Shown one piece after another: positions 37,713-62,077 of a stretch of 64,000 nucleotides of DNA. This stretch comes from the human T2T-CHM13v2.0 reference genome, Homo sapiens. Numbering within the stretch: the stretch's first letter is position 1; every line of letters begins with the position of its first letter. The notes under the pieces are model-generated. The model had not been told where the DNA came from. It worked only from the letters and a program-made list of their open reading frames with translations, and did no database searches. The stretch lies in the NCBI RefSeq assembly GCF_009914755.1, contig NC_060941.1, one strand, 5' to 3'. Both the position numbers and the translations under genes were made by a program.

Positions 37713-39489
37713 TAGTAGAGACGGGGTTTCACCATGTTGGTCAGGCTGGTCTCGAACTCCTGACCTCATGATCTGCCCACCTCGGCCTCCCAAAGTGCTG
37801 GGATTATAGGCATGAGCCACCATGCCTGGCAGGGTTAATTTATTTCATCAAAACAGACTAAAGGTTTAGAGAGATGTGCCTTTATTTGAATATTGTGCAG
37901 TTTAAACCTGACTCAGTCATGCTGTCCTTTTGAGCAGGATCTTTAGAACAGATACTTGTGATTGGCTAAAGAATAACCTCTGACAATAGCAAAGGTCTCT
38001 TGGACAGAGCTGTTAAAACAAAACAATGAAATCTGTATTTGTTTAAGATTAGAAGGATTTTTGAAAAGTAACTTTTCCTGCGGCATGTCTGCTAGAATAA
38101 AAGGTTCTCGTTTTATTAATGGCGAAAGAATAGCTTTAGTTTGGAATAGAGGTAGGCTAGACCAGTGATTGCAAACTGAAACACCTACGAGAACCAGATA
38201 GGTTATAGAAATGAGTGAAACAAGCCAATTGGGGAGTGGGGAACTCGTGACCCTTACAAATGAGGCTCATGCTGGGTGCATTGCCTGGCCACAGTGGCCA
38301 GCTTTCAGTTTTTTTCTAGAGAAGTTAGATCTCATAGTTATTTAAAGAGAATTTAAACACTGTGCTAATCACACCTGCAGGACAGTTTTTCTTGTAGATC
38401 ACCAGTGTGGGATTTTTTTTGATGAAAGCTGATGTTTGCAGAAATTTATATCAACAGGAGGAAAGCAAGATAATCCCAGAGAGGAAGGTTTGATGATGGA
38501 CAAGAGGTAGATGATGGAGTATGATGTTGGGGAACAAGCCACTGAATAGACTGGTGCAGTTGAACCAGTAATTGGCTATTGTGATCGAGCTGCAGGTTGT
38601 CGGTGTATATAATTATATAAATTAGTGTTTGGCATCAATATTTCAGTTCCTAGATGGGCTTTTGGGAAATGCAGTATCCCAAGGGACTGAGATCACAAAA
38701 GTAAAATTTCAGAACAATCAATGAACATTTTTGGATGGGGAGGGACCTATCTTGAATATAGTCATAATAGGTGACTAAGTTTATTACTGTGGGGTTTGAA
38801 AGAGGTTATTTTACCTATGATTCATAGTGCTTGGCACCTAGTAGGCAGTAAGTGTTTGTTACATTGAGTAAGTATATCTCTGTGATGCCATCCTCAAATC
38901 AAAGAAAGCTATGTCTGATAGCTGTCAGGGTGTTGGCAAAGCATACTTTAGTCCTCAGTTTCTCAGTAAATAGTGGTGAGACAAAAAGGTAAAATATTTA
39001 ACTCCAGTAGTTCATAATTACCAAGAGTATATAATCTTTTACCTGCTTTCTGGAAATTTGTACAAAGTCCATACTGTTCCTTTTCTTAAAAGTACGTTTT
39101 CTTTATGTTTAAAGTGTTGCATGTTACTTTTAAAAATCTAAGGCCAGGCGTGGTGGCTCATTCCTGTAATCCCAGCACTTTGGGAGGCCGAGGCAGGTGG
39201 ATGACTTGAGGTCAGGAGTCCAAGACCAGCCTGACCAACATGGTGAAACCCCATCTTTACTAAAAAAATACAAAAATTAGCCGGGCATGGTGGTGCGTAC
39301 CTGGTCCCAGCTAGTGCAGAGGCTGAAGTGGGAGAATCTCTTTGAGCCCAGATCGCTCCACTGCACTCTAGCCTGGGTGACAGAGTGAGACTCTTGTCTC
39401 AAAATAAATATAAATAAAAATCTAATGTGGATTAAACGAAAGAAATTGTTTTCTGCTCTACTCCCGGCTACAGTCCCCAGGAAGAACTA

Positions 39490-40636
<1,147 letters not shown>

Positions 40637-42450
40637 TGAGCATCTGGGATTACAGGAAGTTTATTTCTATCTTTATCCAGATTGCTGGTTTTGCAATGCC
40701 TCTTTGCACAAGACTTTCTCTGGCTCACTTTGTTATGTTCCCTCTAGAATGAGGCTCTGGTAAGAAACATCCCTGTTTGCTACCCTAGTAGTGGAAAAAC
40801 CCTAGTCCTGGAAACCCAAGACACCTGAATTGGTTCTTCCCAGCTCCCCCTCAAGAGAGGGAGACACTTTTAGCTTGTATTTTGGTTTACGGGTTAAAAG
40901 TTTTATATTAGGATCAGAATGATTGCATCTGGTTTGAAGACTGAAATTTCTTTGGACAGGGTCTTGCTCTGTCACCCAGGCTGGAGTGCAGTGGTGTGAT
41001 CACAGCTCACCGCAGCCTTGACCTCCTGGACTCAAGCAATCCTCTCTCAGCCTCCCAGAGTGCTGGGATTACAGGTGTGAGCCATACACCTGGGCCTAAG
41101 AGTTGAATTTTTAAAACCTACTTAAAATTACTGTCTTTGTAAAACCGTATGAAATTAGAACCAGAAGTTGCCTTAAAGATCTAGTCTAATCAGTCTAATC
41201 TCATTTTGTAGGGAGAAGATTTGCTTGTAATACCTGTAGGATATGGCAAAGTAGAACATGTAACCCTGGCCACATTGGCTCATATATGTGATCCCAGCAC
41301 TTTGGGAGGCCGAGGCAGGCGGATTGCTTGAGCCCAGGAGTTTGAGACCAGCCTGGCCAACATGGCAAAACCCCATCTCTAAAAAAAAAAAAAAAAAATT
41401 AAAAATGAGCAAGGCATGGTGGTGCGCAACTGTAGTCCCAGGTACTTGAGAGGCTGAGGTGGGAGGATCATCTTAACCCCGGGGAGATGGAGGCTAAAAT
41501 GAGCTGTGTTCACACCACTGTACCCCAGCCTGGGCAACAGAATAAGACGCTGTTTCAAACAAAAATGTGTAACTCAAAAACAGCAAAATGCTTAGTTCTT
41601 TGTAAATGCAACATTTTAGGCTACTGTTTATTTGCCAATAGAACTTTTTTTTCTCTCTCTCTCCTTATTTGTAAACTTAGCTATATATGTTTCTTACTCT
41701 TTGGTCTTGTTTACTTCAAAATCTTTTTAGAAGTTGAGGAGATTGGGAGGCCCAGGCAGGTGGATGGCTTGAGCTCAGGAGTTTGAAACCAGCTTGGGCA
41801 ACATGGCGAAACTCCATCTCTACAAAAAAAATACAAAAATTAGCTGGGCATGATGGTGTGCATCTGTAGTTCCAGCTTCTTGGGAGGCTGGGATGAGAGG
41901 ATCACTTAAGCCTGGGAGGTCGAGGCTGTAGTGAGCTGAGATCACACCACTGAACTTCAGCCTGGGCGACAGAGTGAGACAGCCAAAATAGGGGGAAAAA
42001 AAAAAGGTGGAGGACAGAGGCATCCTAAGGTGATGGGACATTTTTCTTTTAATTTTAATTTTAATTTTTTTTTTTTTGAGACGGAGTCTCATTCTGTCAC
42101 CCAGGCTGGAGTGCAGAGGTGCGATCTCGACTCACTGCAACCTCCGCCTCCCGGGTTCAAGCAATTCTCTGCCTCAGCCTCTCGAGTAGCTGGGATTACA
42201 GGCGCCCACCACCAAGTCCGGCTACTTTTTTGTATTTTTAGTAGAGACGGGGTTTCACCATCTTGGCCAGGCTGGTCTTGAACTCCTGACATTGTGATCC
42301 ACCCGCCTCACCCTCCCGAAGTGCTGGGATTACAGGCATGAGCCATCGTGACTGGCTTAATTTTTATTTTTTTTTACTCATGTACATGAATCAATTTTTA
42401 TTTCTTTTTACTGAAGTGACATTTTTCATCTTTATACTGCGGATTTGTAA

Positions 42451-42618
<168 letters not shown>

Positions 42619-42810
42619 TGAGTAACTGGAACTACAGGCGTGTGCCACCATGCCCAGCAAATGTTTATATTTTTAGTAGAGACGGGGTTTCACTATGTTG
42701 GCCAGGCTGGTCTTGAACTCCTGGCCTCGTGATCCATCTGCCTCAGCCTCCCACAGTGCTGGGATTACAGGCATGAGCCACTGTGCCCGGCCAAAGACAA
42801 TTATTATTAA

Positions 42811-43041
<231 letters not shown>

Positions 43042-43665
43042 TAGCCAGGATGGTCTCGATCTCCTGACCTCGTGATCTGCCTGCCTCAGCCTTCCAAAGT
43101 GCTGGGATTACAGGCGTGAGCCACCATGCCCGGCCCAAAGACAACTATTAATCCCATTTCATCTTAGAACTTTTTCTTAAATTTTCATGCATTAGGGTTT
43201 TCTCAAGAATGTACTGTCCTCCTGAAAACTCTTATTTGCCTATATATTATACTTTACATCTTCAACTCATTTACTAATAAGTTGTTAGATTTAACCCAAT
43301 GTCTTCCTTGTAATTTCCTTCTCTCCAGCACAACTAGTGTACTTATGTTTTCTTGATGTTAATGAAGATTGGTAAAGGGTACCCGGTACAATTTTAAAAA
43401 TTTAAGTGAACCCAGCTGATATATTTGCCTTAATTTTATTGCTGACAGACTACATCTAAATATGTGAAAGAAAAAAAGTGATACTCATAACTTCAGAGGT
43501 TTGAAATGTATTGAAGATTGTGTTCATTTAAGTTTAATTGTTCCAGTTTACTCACTGGAACACCTGTAATCCCAGCACTTTGGGAGGCCGAGGTGGGTGG
43601 ATCACCTTAGGTCAGGAGTTCAAGACCAGCTTGGCCAACAACATGGTGAAACCCCACCTCTACTA

Positions 43666-44016
<351 letters not shown>

Positions 44017-44479
44017 TAATAGAGACGGAGTTTCACCATTTTGGCCAGGATGGTCTCGATCTCCTGACCCCGTGATCTGCCCTGTCAGCCTCTCAAAGTG
44101 CTGGGATTACAGGCATGAGCCACCTCACCTGGCATGAGACTCTCTCTTAAAAAAAAAAAAAAAAGAAAAAAAAATTGCTCTGGGCGAGGTGGCTCACGCC
44201 TGTAATCCCAGCACTTTGGGAGGCTGAGGCCGAAGGATTACCTGAGGTCAGGAGTTCAAGACCAGCCTGGCCAACATGGTGAAACCTCATGTTGTCTCTA
44301 CTAAAAATACAAAAATTAGCTGGGTGTGGGGGCAGGCGCCTGTAATCCCCGGTACTCTGGAGGCTGAGCCAGGAGAATCGCTTGAACCCGGAGGCAGAGG
44401 TTGCAGTGATCCAAGATCGTACCACTGCACTCCAGCATGGGGAACAGAGCGATAATCTGTCTGAAAAAAAAAAATGGAA

Positions 44480-44900
44480 TAATACAAAATTATACTAAGA
44501 TTCATTCATGTTATTTTTTGTGGCTGCAGTGCATTCATTTCCACTATATAGTATTTCATTGTCTGATGTACCAGAATTTATCCACTCTCTTTTTGATGCA
44601 TGTTTGGATTTGCAGTCTTTTGCTTTATGAAAAGTGCTGCTGTAAAAATTATTATTATCTGTCTCCTGATGCATATGTGAAAGGGTTTTTCTAGGAGTGA
44701 AATTGCTGGATAATATGTAAATAATAAACATAAGAAAATGTCAAATTCTTTTCCAAAGTAGTTAATCAAGTTATACTCCACCAGCAGTGTATAAGGAGTT
44801 CTCATTGATCCATATCTTCTCCAACATTTAGGTTTCTCACAGTTTTACATTTTTTTGCCAGTGAAATGTACATAAAATGTATCTTATGGTTTAATCTTTG
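44480..44900 (-). mobile_element. Old L1 (L1M) fragment from the ORF2 3' region
   Basis: Motifs such as ggagtgaaattgctgga and tatactccaccagcagtgtataaggagttc. Confidence 0.75.
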
Positions 44901-45344
44901 TTTTTTTTTAACTCAGTCTTTCTGCTTTTATTCTTTATTCTCTATTGAAAATAATTTGGTTTAGATTTAGACTTAGATTGATAAAATTAAAAAAAAAAAG
45001 AATTTGGGCTGGGTGTGTTGGCTCACTCCTGTCATCTCAGCACTGGGGGAGACTCAGATGGGTGCATCACTTGAGCTCAGGAGTTCAAGACCAGCCTGGG
45101 CAACATGGTGAAAACCCATCTTTATTAAAAAATACAAAAAAATTAGCGTAGCATGGTGGTTCATGCCCATGGTCCCAGCTATGGGGGAGGCTGAGGTGGG
45201 AGGATGGCTTCAGCCCAGAAGGTCAAGGTTGCAGTGAGCCAAGATTGTACCACTGCACTCCAGCCTGGGCAAAACAGCCAGACCCTGTCTCAAAAAAAAA
45301 AGTTATTTTTTTTTTGTTGTTCTGATTACAAAATTAGCACAAAT

Positions 45345-45750
45345 ATATTCATTTTCAACCAATATTATGGGCTATAACATGTTTCAGGGTCCTAGGGAAA
45401 TACATTAGGTAAACAAAACAGACGAGCCCTTCCCCTCATAGAGCTTCCATTCTAGTTTTGGAGATTAACATTAAACAAAGAAAATAACTTAATTTCAGAT
45501 ACTGATAAAGTGCCATGAAGACAAAAAAACAGAGTAAAATAATAGTGGTTGGTGGAGTTGGGACTCCTTTAGGTTAGAGGAAGGCCTTTCTGAGGAATTG
45601 AATGATGTGTGAGCTGTATCTAAGTGATCGAAAGGAGCCAGCCATGTGGAGAAGGCACAGGACGAGTGTCTTAGGCAGTAGGAGCAGGAATTCTAAAGGT
45701 CAAGAGATGGGGAACAAACTGGTCAAAATTAAAGAATAAGAAGAAAGCAA
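45345..45750 (-). mobile_element. L2 3' fragment
   Basis: aaacaaaacagac...ccctcatagagcttccattctag, typical of antisense L2 3' end. Confidence 0.7.
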
Positions 45751-45812
45751 GGCAGGCACACTGGAGCATGCCTGTAATCCCAGTTACTTGGGAGGCAGAG
45801 GTGGGAGGATCA

Positions 45813-46187
<375 letters not shown>

Positions 46188-46232
46188 TCAGAACTCACCC
46201 TTAATCCAACCATCCAGAGATAAGCATATTAA

Positions 46233-46491
<259 letters not shown>

Positions 46492-46562
46492 TGACCTCCC
46501 AAAGTGCTGGGATTACAGGTGTGAGCCACTGTGCCCGGCCACCATGTAAACATTTTGATGCA

Positions 46563-46607
<45 letters not shown>

Positions 46608-47986
46608 CTGAAATGGGATTCTTGCTCTGTTGCCCAGGCTAGAGTTGCGATGGTGTGATCTGAGCTCACTGCAACCTCCACCTCTCAGGGTCAAGCAATC
46701 CTCCTGAGTAGCTGGGATTACAGGTGCGCAGCCACGCTCAGCTAATTTTTGTATTCTTAATAGAGACGGGGTTTCACCATGTTAGCCAGGCTAGTTTCCA
46801 ACTCCTTACCTCATGATTGGTCCACCTCAGCCTCCCAAAATGCTGGGATTACAGGCGCGAGCCACCATACCCAGCCACTGACAAGTTCTTGCACACGTTT
46901 CTCTATGCGTCTTTGGTATTTCCCCCTATTTTCTGGTGAGTTAAATGGTAGGGTGTCTTTTTATTTTATTCATGGTTACTTTTTTGTAGTAATATTAAAT
47001 AATATTACGTGAATGTTGTATGAAAGTTTATTGTGGCTTTATTCATGAATTGTAACATTTACCTTCTGCTTTGTAGCCACAATTACTATTATTATGCTTA
47101 TTTTTCTTTACAAGTCTAAATATTAACTGTTAGTCCTTTCACCTCACAAATTCCAAATCAAAAGTATTTTTTTCTTATTAAATAAAGAAGTTGGTTGCCT
47201 GGATGATATCTTCAGGTATATTTTTCTTACGTTTATGTAAAATACATAGAACAAAATTTACCATCTTAATCATTTTTTTAAAATTTATTTATTTATTTTT
47301 TCGAGACGGAGTCTTGCTCTGTCGCCAAGGCTGGAGTGCAGTGGCGCAATCTTGACTCACCACAACCTCCGCCTCCTGGGTTCAAGCGATTCTCCTGCCT
47401 CAGCCTCCTGAGTAGCTGAGATTACAAGCGCCCACCATCACGCCCAGCTAATTTTTATATTTTTAGTAGAGACAGGGTTTCGCCAGACTGGTCTCGAACT
47501 GCTGACCTCAGGTGATCTGCCCATTCCAGTGAATCCACAGAAAATTTTAGGATGCTGGCAGGCAAGTGATTGAAATTTTGTGAAGTCTTTTCTTTTATCT
47601 TTCTTTTATTTTTTGTATGTGGCAAGAGCTTCTGAGAAATTCATTTCCTCTATCAGAATTTGGCTCTTCCTTGCTTCCACGACTCTGCTATTTATTTGCC
47701 CCTGTTATAATACATATATAGTAAAGGGAGTAAAACAAATTTAAAATAAAAAACGTATTAAATTATAAAATATATTCCTATTTTTATAAAATGTAGAAAG
47801 GATATATGACTTCTGATTGAGATGTTAAAGTGAGCTCAACTTCAACACAATTCCTCTGCCTCAAACACGTAGCAATAAATAAATGTTGAAAAAGGAAAAA
47901 CATATGACTAAAAATAGAAGAGAGGCCAGGCACGTTGGCTCACACCTGTAATCCTAGCACCTTGGGAGGCTGAGGCAGGTGGATCA

Positions 47987-48235
<249 letters not shown>

Positions 48236-48774
48236 CTAGTGGCATGTGAGGCTCACAGTGAGACTCCGGCTCTGAGTGGAGAATCAGTGTTTGCTGGGAC
48301 TTTGACCTCTTTCTGTAAAACAGATCCTTAGGAGAACTCCATGGCAGAGATGCCTGGAGCTGGGAGTATCCCTCAAAGCCAGGGCCTGGGATGGGCATTA
48401 GCTTGTGAAAGCAGGCTGATAAAAGGGTTGACTGTCTGTCTGGGACTGTTGCTTTGTAAGAAAGTGGGCCTAGTGAGGGCAAGGGAGAAAAACATGACTT
48501 TTTGACCAAAAACAGCAAAGTAGCCTGTCTGCTCAAGTGACTGAATCTGTAATATTAGTGTATCAGCACAGAAGATTTGAAACACTATGAAGCCCTAGAT
48601 CTTAATTGAAGGCTCTGGAGGAACAGGTGGAGCCAACTGCACATCTTCTAGATAAAGTAGAGTAAGAGAAAGAAAAGGGAGAGATTTAAAAAGTAAGAAG
48701 GTGGCCGGGCATGGTGGCTCACGCCTGTAATCCCAGCACTTTGGGAGGCTTGAGGTGGGCGGATCACAAGGTCA

Positions 48775-49218
<444 letters not shown>

Positions 49219-49879
49219 TTAGCAGGATATTGTGGTGCTTGCCTGTAGTCCCAGCTATCCAAAAGGCTGAGGTGGGAGGATCACATAAGCCTGGTGGTTG
49301 AAGCTGCAGTGAGCCAAGATTGCACCACTGCACTCCAGCCTGTGTGACACAGTGAGACCCTGTCTCAAAAAAAAAAAAAAAAAAAAAAATTATTCAAGGT
49401 TATGCCTCTACAAGAAGAAAAGTTAATCCAGAAGGAAAGTGTGGGCATCAAGAAGCAAAAGGTAGTTTCTATAGTGGGAGGAGTGGTTGACTTAAAGTAA
49501 TGTGACCATAGGAATTAATTTAACAGGTCAGTAAGTTTAAATTATTTATTGACTCTAAACCCTTTTTTGTGATGGAAGGCCAAAATAATTTTTTTTTTTT
49601 TTGAGACAGGGTCTCACTCTGCAATGGCATGATCATGGCTCACTGCAGCCTCAACCTCTGGGGCTTGAGTGATCCTCCTGCCTCAGCCTCCTGAGTAACT
49701 GGGACTACAGGCATGCTGCACCACACCTGGCTAATTTTGTTTTATTTTTTCTTTTTGGTAGAAATGGGGTTTTGCCATGTTGCTCAGGCTGGTCTCGAAC
49801 TCCTGGCCTCAAGCAATCCTCCTGCTTTGGCCTCTCAAAGTGCTGGGTTTAGAGGTGTGAGCCACTATCCCTGGCCTGA

Positions 49880-50137
<258 letters not shown>

Positions 50138-50230
50138 TAAAGTGCTGGGATTACAGGTGTGAACCACTATGCCTGGCCCCAAAATAAAAATTTATTTATT
50201 TTTGTTTTTGTTTTTCCCAAAATAAAAATT

Positions 50231-51023
50231 TAAATCAAGACAAAAATGTAACGAGTGGCGTTATTTGTACATTTTTGCAGATCTCTTTAATGTTTGTCTT
50301 AATAGAAGTCAGCTAGATTCTCATATATGCTTCTGTGTTCAGTATGTTGCAGTGTTTTCTGGGTTGAAGTACCCGAAGAAAATCCAACCTCACACAGACA
50401 AGTAGTTGGGAAAGGGATTATTTTAATCGCTTTTTCACTTGAAAGCTTAAATGTTTTCTGTTACAACAAATACTGAGTTGTTTTTCTTGAAGTGACAGGG
50501 TTACTTCATTTTTGAGGAAATGTCTGCCACATACCCACATCTGTAGATCCGTGGTTGTCTATCAGTTCTTGCAAATAAAAATGGTGCTCCCTGAGAAAAG
50601 TAGCTAGTTCAGCCCAACTCAAAGAATTGCACAAATGTCTTTCCATGAGACAACTCTTGTACTTCTGTGTGTGGAAGTGTTTTATGCATGCTTCCCATGT
50701 TATCACTCACAGTTTTTAAAAGATGTGTATTCATGGGTCAAGGATTTATAAAATTAACAATTTTTATTCTGTCATCTGGGGCAATCTTAAGTGAAACTGG
50801 CTTTTTCTGTGAGTGCATGATGAAGAATACAGTGACTACTGGGACAGTTTGATAACACTGCCTAGATTCATACTAAGACACCAGCTCTTTTACCCATCAT
50901 CAGTTTTGTACCATTAATGCAAATGTCAATCAATTGAGAACAATTTGTAGTATTATTATAAAAATAGCTTTAACCTTTCAGACCCTTGAAAGGGCCTTGG
51001 GGAACATACTCTGAGAAGTGCTG
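50231..51023. mobile_element. hAT-Charlie (Charlie1-like) DNA transposon remnant
   Basis: tacatttttgcagatctctttaatgt...gaagaaaatccaacctcacacaga...catactctgagaagtgctg resembles Charlie1. Confidence 0.7.
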
Positions 51024-51296
51024 CCCTAAATAGTAATAGAGAGGATCTGTCCAATGGTGTGCTAAGAATCTCTTCACATTCCCCAGGAAGAGAGACATAG
51101 CTGCAGACATTTAGAGTAGACATAAAGTTAAGTGTGTTGCTTTAAAATCAAGAGTAACTACTAAAAAAAACCCAGACACATCTATAGTTTTCAAATTAGC
51201 ACGGCTAAAAAAAGGGAATACAGAAATCAATTCAATAGAAGAAAGGAAGAGACTCAGAAAAAGGGATAACATCTTGTGTGTGATGGCTCATGCCTA

Positions 51297-51567
<271 letters not shown>

Positions 51568-51632
51568 TCATGAGTATAAAAAAAAAAAAAAAGGAAGAGA
51601 AGTAAAATTCTTACAAATTTGGCAGTGTACTA

Positions 51633-51989
<357 letters not shown>

Positions 51990-52240
51990 TTAGGGACAGA
52001 GTCTTGCTCTATTGCCCAGGCTGGAATGCAGTGGCAAGGCCTTTGCTTACTGCAGTCTCAACCTCCTGGGCTCAAGCTATCCTCCCACTACCTCAGCCTC
52101 TCCAGGAGCTGGGACTACAGGCACATACCACCCACTAACAATTATCACCTGGCTAATTATTGAATTTTTGTATAATTTTTTGTAGAGACAAGGTCTCACT
52201 TTGTTAACCAGGCTGGTCTTGAATTCCTGGACTAAAGTGA

Positions 52241-52576
<336 letters not shown>

Positions 52577-52867
52577 TGACCTTGTACTTTGTTTTTTTTT
52601 TTTTTGGAGTCTCGCTCTGTCACCCAGGCTGGAGTGCAGTGGTGCGATCTCAGCTCACTTGCAACCTCCACCTCCTGGGTTCAAACAGTTCTCCTGCCTT
52701 AGCCTCCCAAATAGCTGGGACTACAGGCGTGCACCACCACGTCTGGTTAATTTTTGTATTTTTAGTGGAGACAAGGTTTCACTGTATTGGCCAGGCTGGT
52801 CTCCAACTCGTGACCTCAGGTGATCCACCCACCTCAGCCTCCCAAAGTGCTGGGATTACAGGAGTGA

Positions 52868-53290
<423 letters not shown>

Positions 53291-53554
53291 TAGAGTTTCA
53301 CTCTTGTTGCTCAGGCTGGAGTGCAATAGCGTGATCTTGGCTCACGGCAACCTCTGCCTCCTGGGTTCAAGTGATTCTTCTGCCTCAGCCTCCTGAGCAG
53401 CTGGTATTACAGGTGCCCACCACAACACCCAGCTAATTTTTTGTATTTTTAGTAGAGATGGGGTTTCACCATGTTGACTAGGCTGGTCTTGAACTCCTGA
53501 CCTCAGGTAATCCACTGGCCTCAGCCTCCCAAAGTGCTGGAATTATAGGCGTGA

Positions 53555-53698
<144 letters not shown>

Positions 53699-55179
53699 TG
53701 AGTAGCTGGGACTACAGGCATGCACCCCCGTGCCTGGCTAATTTTTGTGTTTTTAGTAGAGACTACGTTGGCCAGGCTGGCCTCGAACTCCTGACCTCAT
53801 GATCCACCCACCTTGGCCTCCCTAAGTGTTGGGATTACAGGTGTGAGTCACCGCGCCCAGTCAATATTTATTTATTTATTTACTTACTTACTTAACATAG
53901 AGACAGGATCTTGCTCTGTCATCCAGGCTAGAGTGCAGTGATGCCATCCCATCATAGCTCACTGCAGCCTCAAACTCCTGAACTCAAGTAATCCTCCTGC
54001 CTCAGCCTCCCCAGTAGCTGGGACTACAGGCGTGTGCCACCATGCCTAAGTTTTAAATTTTTTTGTAGAGACGGGGGTCTCACCTTGTTGCCCAGGCTGG
54101 TCTCACACTCCTGGGTTCAAACAATCCTTCCATCTCAGCCTTCCAAAGTGCCTGGATTACAGATGTGAGCCACCGCGCCCGGCCTACTCAAAGTCCTATC
54201 TGGGAAAATGCTATCTGGTGGTAATGTGTAATTTTCAATTTTTTAAAAAAATTGGTTCTGTAATAGTCTTTTAGGCCCTTCCCCTTTGTATAAAGATGTA
54301 TTTATAAGTAAATGAATTATGAAATTGGTTCATTTCCATCTTTTTAAAAGGTAGTCAAAAATAATTGTCAGATGCAATGAGATATTGGATGAGCTGCATA
54401 GGTAAGATATAAGCAGTGTACAAAGTGGGATAAAAATGCCACTTTACATACTTTTTTTTTTTTTTTGAGACAGAGTTTTATTCTTATTGCCCAGGATGAA
54501 GTGCAGTGGCGCGATCTCAGCTCACTGCAACTTCCACCTTCCAGTTTCAAGCAATTCTTCTGCCCTAGCCTCTTGAGTAGCTGGGATTACAGGCATGTGC
54601 CACCATGCCTGGCTAATTTTTTTTGTATTTTTATTGGAGACGGGGTTTCACCATGTTGGCCAGGCTGTCTGGAGCTCCTGACTTCAGGTGATCTGCCGAC
54701 TTCGACCTCCCAAAATACTGGGATTATAGGCGTGAGCCACCACACCCAGTCCACTTTTCATACTTTCTAAAACAATATTTAGGGATTTTTGTGTTAGCCA
54801 CTCTCCTATCTCATTTCTCCAATTGAAGTAATGCATAAATCTTCCATTCTCTTTTTTCTCTCATTCATGGATAGAATGAATGTCTATAATGAAAAGAGCT
54901 TCTTATCAATAGCCCTCTCAGATTTGTTCTGAATTTTGCCAAATATTTGTATAACTCTGCAAAAGACTTTCTTTCCCTGCCTTCTCCTTTAGAGGGAAAA
55001 ACAAACTGTAGGTGTGACAGCTTACCTCCTAGCATTGTTGTGAGGTTTGGCTGGCACAAGATAAAGTGCTGTGTAATTACTCTGAAATGTTTGTAATTAA
55101 TAAAGAAATGAATTGTAGGCACTTTGTCAGTAGAAACCACTGTGATTTGGAAACGCAATGTTTCAATAATAAAGACTAT

Positions 55180-55380
55180 AAAATTTAAAAAAGAAAAAAA
55201 TTAATTCTCTCCAAATTATAAATTAAATGGTATACCTAATGACTTTCCTTAGAACTTGAAAAGCTTAACCCAAAATTTATATGAAAAGGCAAGAGCCTGG
55301 AATGGTTAAGACAACGTTAAAGAAGAAGAAGAATGTGAGACTTACCCTTATAGAGACCGCAATTAACCATAAAGCCATAG
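55180..55380 (+). mobile_element. Old L1 ORF2 fragment
   Basis: ttctctccaaatt...aaaatttatatgaaaaggcaagagcc...aagaagaagaa pattern. Confidence 0.6.
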
Positions 55381-56429
55381 ATGTTCTCAAGCCTAGTATA
55401 GCGCCTGACACACAGTAGTTAATGAATGTTTGCTCAGTAGACTGATGGGTGGAACAATGAGTTGCTTGGGGGTCAGGATTAACTCTGGAAGTGGTAGTTG
55501 TGGGAAGGGTTGAACCTGAAGATTAGGGCGACTCAGAACTGCAAAGACCAGGGAAGTTGGGTTCTGAGAAGGGGCAGGACAGAGAGCTGACTAATTTGTT
55601 TCATTTGTCTACACATACCCTTAAGCAAATTTTATCTTGTACAGTTTGAGTATGGGGTTTATGTTTTCTTAAAATTCAGCAAGCCTTTAACAGGAATGTA
55701 CTCAGTATTAAGTGTGGTGTCAGATTGGCTGCAGTGTAGGAAAGCTTTTATTCCATGGGAAAGAAGTCCATGATTTTTGGAGCTATCTATTATGCAGTTA
55801 TGTTGCTATAGATTTAGTTATTTGGATCTCATGATTGAAATAGTATTTTAAATTGGGGACATCTTTTGTTTGGGAGAGGTTGTTTAGAAATGACAGGTGA
55901 AGAATAAAATTATTAGAGTAAAATTTGGCCATATGTGACATGGGCATTAATGATCCAATGATTTATATATGCCAGTAATAGAATTTACAAAGGACAGCCA
56001 ATGGTGAGATGCTGTTCTCTGGTGGCATTCTGGTAATAACCAGCTCTCGTATGGTGCTTGATAGTTTCCAAAGTACTTTTGCATACCTTATGTTATTTGT
56101 GCCTCCAAGGTATGTAAAGGAGGTTTATTTCAATTCAGTGATCGTTTATTGAGCATGTTTTGTGCCAAGTTTTGTACTAGATCTTGGGAAACCAGCAATG
56201 AGGCAAAGAACTTGACTCCAAGTTAACATAGACAGGTAACACTGGGATACACGCACAACCAGGAGTTTAAGTTTGGAAACAATAATTAAGGAGGGAGACA
56301 TATGATTAGGATGTGGTAATGGTAGGTTGTGATGGCTTTCCTAGGCTTTGTTATATTTTTTGTTTCAAGGAAGAATTGTGTGTTTTACACCACTTTGAAA
56401 CTATCTTTCACAATTTACATAGCTGATAA

Positions 56430-61087
<4,658 letters not shown>

Positions 61088-61666
61088 AAGAACCATTTTC
61101 TCTTCAGACAAAAGGAACTGTTGTTTGGGGTAGCATTTTATTTATACTTATAAAATGTTATGTTACAGTTTGTGTTGTTACATGAATGTATTTGTCTCTT
61201 AAATCATGGTATAGTGTGAAGAAAATGAGTTCTCAGGCTGGAAATATCTGTATTTGAGTACTAGCTCTGACCTTTCCAACAATGTGTCTTTTTGTCATAT
61301 AATGTTTATTTTCATAGGGTTGTTGGGAGGATTAAATGAAATTATATCTGTAAAGTACCTTTTATAATCTGCTAATCTGCAGGTCATAATCTAATGGTAT
61401 AGAATTTTTGTTCTGTACTCTTTGATAAGAATTCTAAGGAGGTGGTTTGGAAAGAGAAATTTACAGATACCAGATGAAATCCAAAACCCAGGTATATAAG
61501 GAGTCATATGCAAGATCTCTGTCTGTTAATCTGCCTCATGAAAATGACGAACCAGGAGAATCTATGGGACAGTAGGAAAAGCTGCCAGTCACTCAGATGA
61601 TAATAACATTTACCTTATACATTTATAATGGAAATCCTGCCACTGTTTACACCAGAAACAGTTTCT

Positions 61667-62077
61667 TTTTTTTTTTTTAATTTTATTATTATTATACTTA
61701 AAGTTTTAGGGTACATGTGCACAACGTGCAGGTTTGTTACATACGTATACATGTGCCATGTTGGTGTGCTGCACCCATTAAGTCATCATTTATCATTAGG
61801 TATATCTCCTAATGCTATCCCTCCCCCCTCCCCCCGCCCCACAACAGTCCCCGATGTGTGATGTTCCCCCGCTTCCTGTGTCCATGTGTTCTCATTGTTC
61901 AATTCCCACCTATGAGTGAGAACATGCGGTGTTTTGTTTTTTGTCCTTGTGATAGTTTGCTGAGAATGATGGTTTCCAGTTTCATCCATGTCCCTATAAA
62001 GGACATGAACTCATCATTTTTTATGGCTGCATAGTATTCCATGGTGTATATGTGCCACATTTTCTTAATCCAGTCTA
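61667..62077 (-). mobile_element. 5'-truncated primate L1PA insertion (~410 bp; ORF2 C-terminus plus 3' UTR) with 19-bp TSD
   Basis: Minus-strand peptide WIKKMWHIYTMEYYAAIKNDEFMSF...HRMFSLIGGN*. TSD TACACCAGAAACAGTTTCT at 61648-61666 and 62076-62094. Confidence 0.96.

Noticed and set aside
38420-38620. Purine-rich exon-like stretch
   Set aside because: Stops in all three + strand frames and no convincing splice sites; likely an old repeat.
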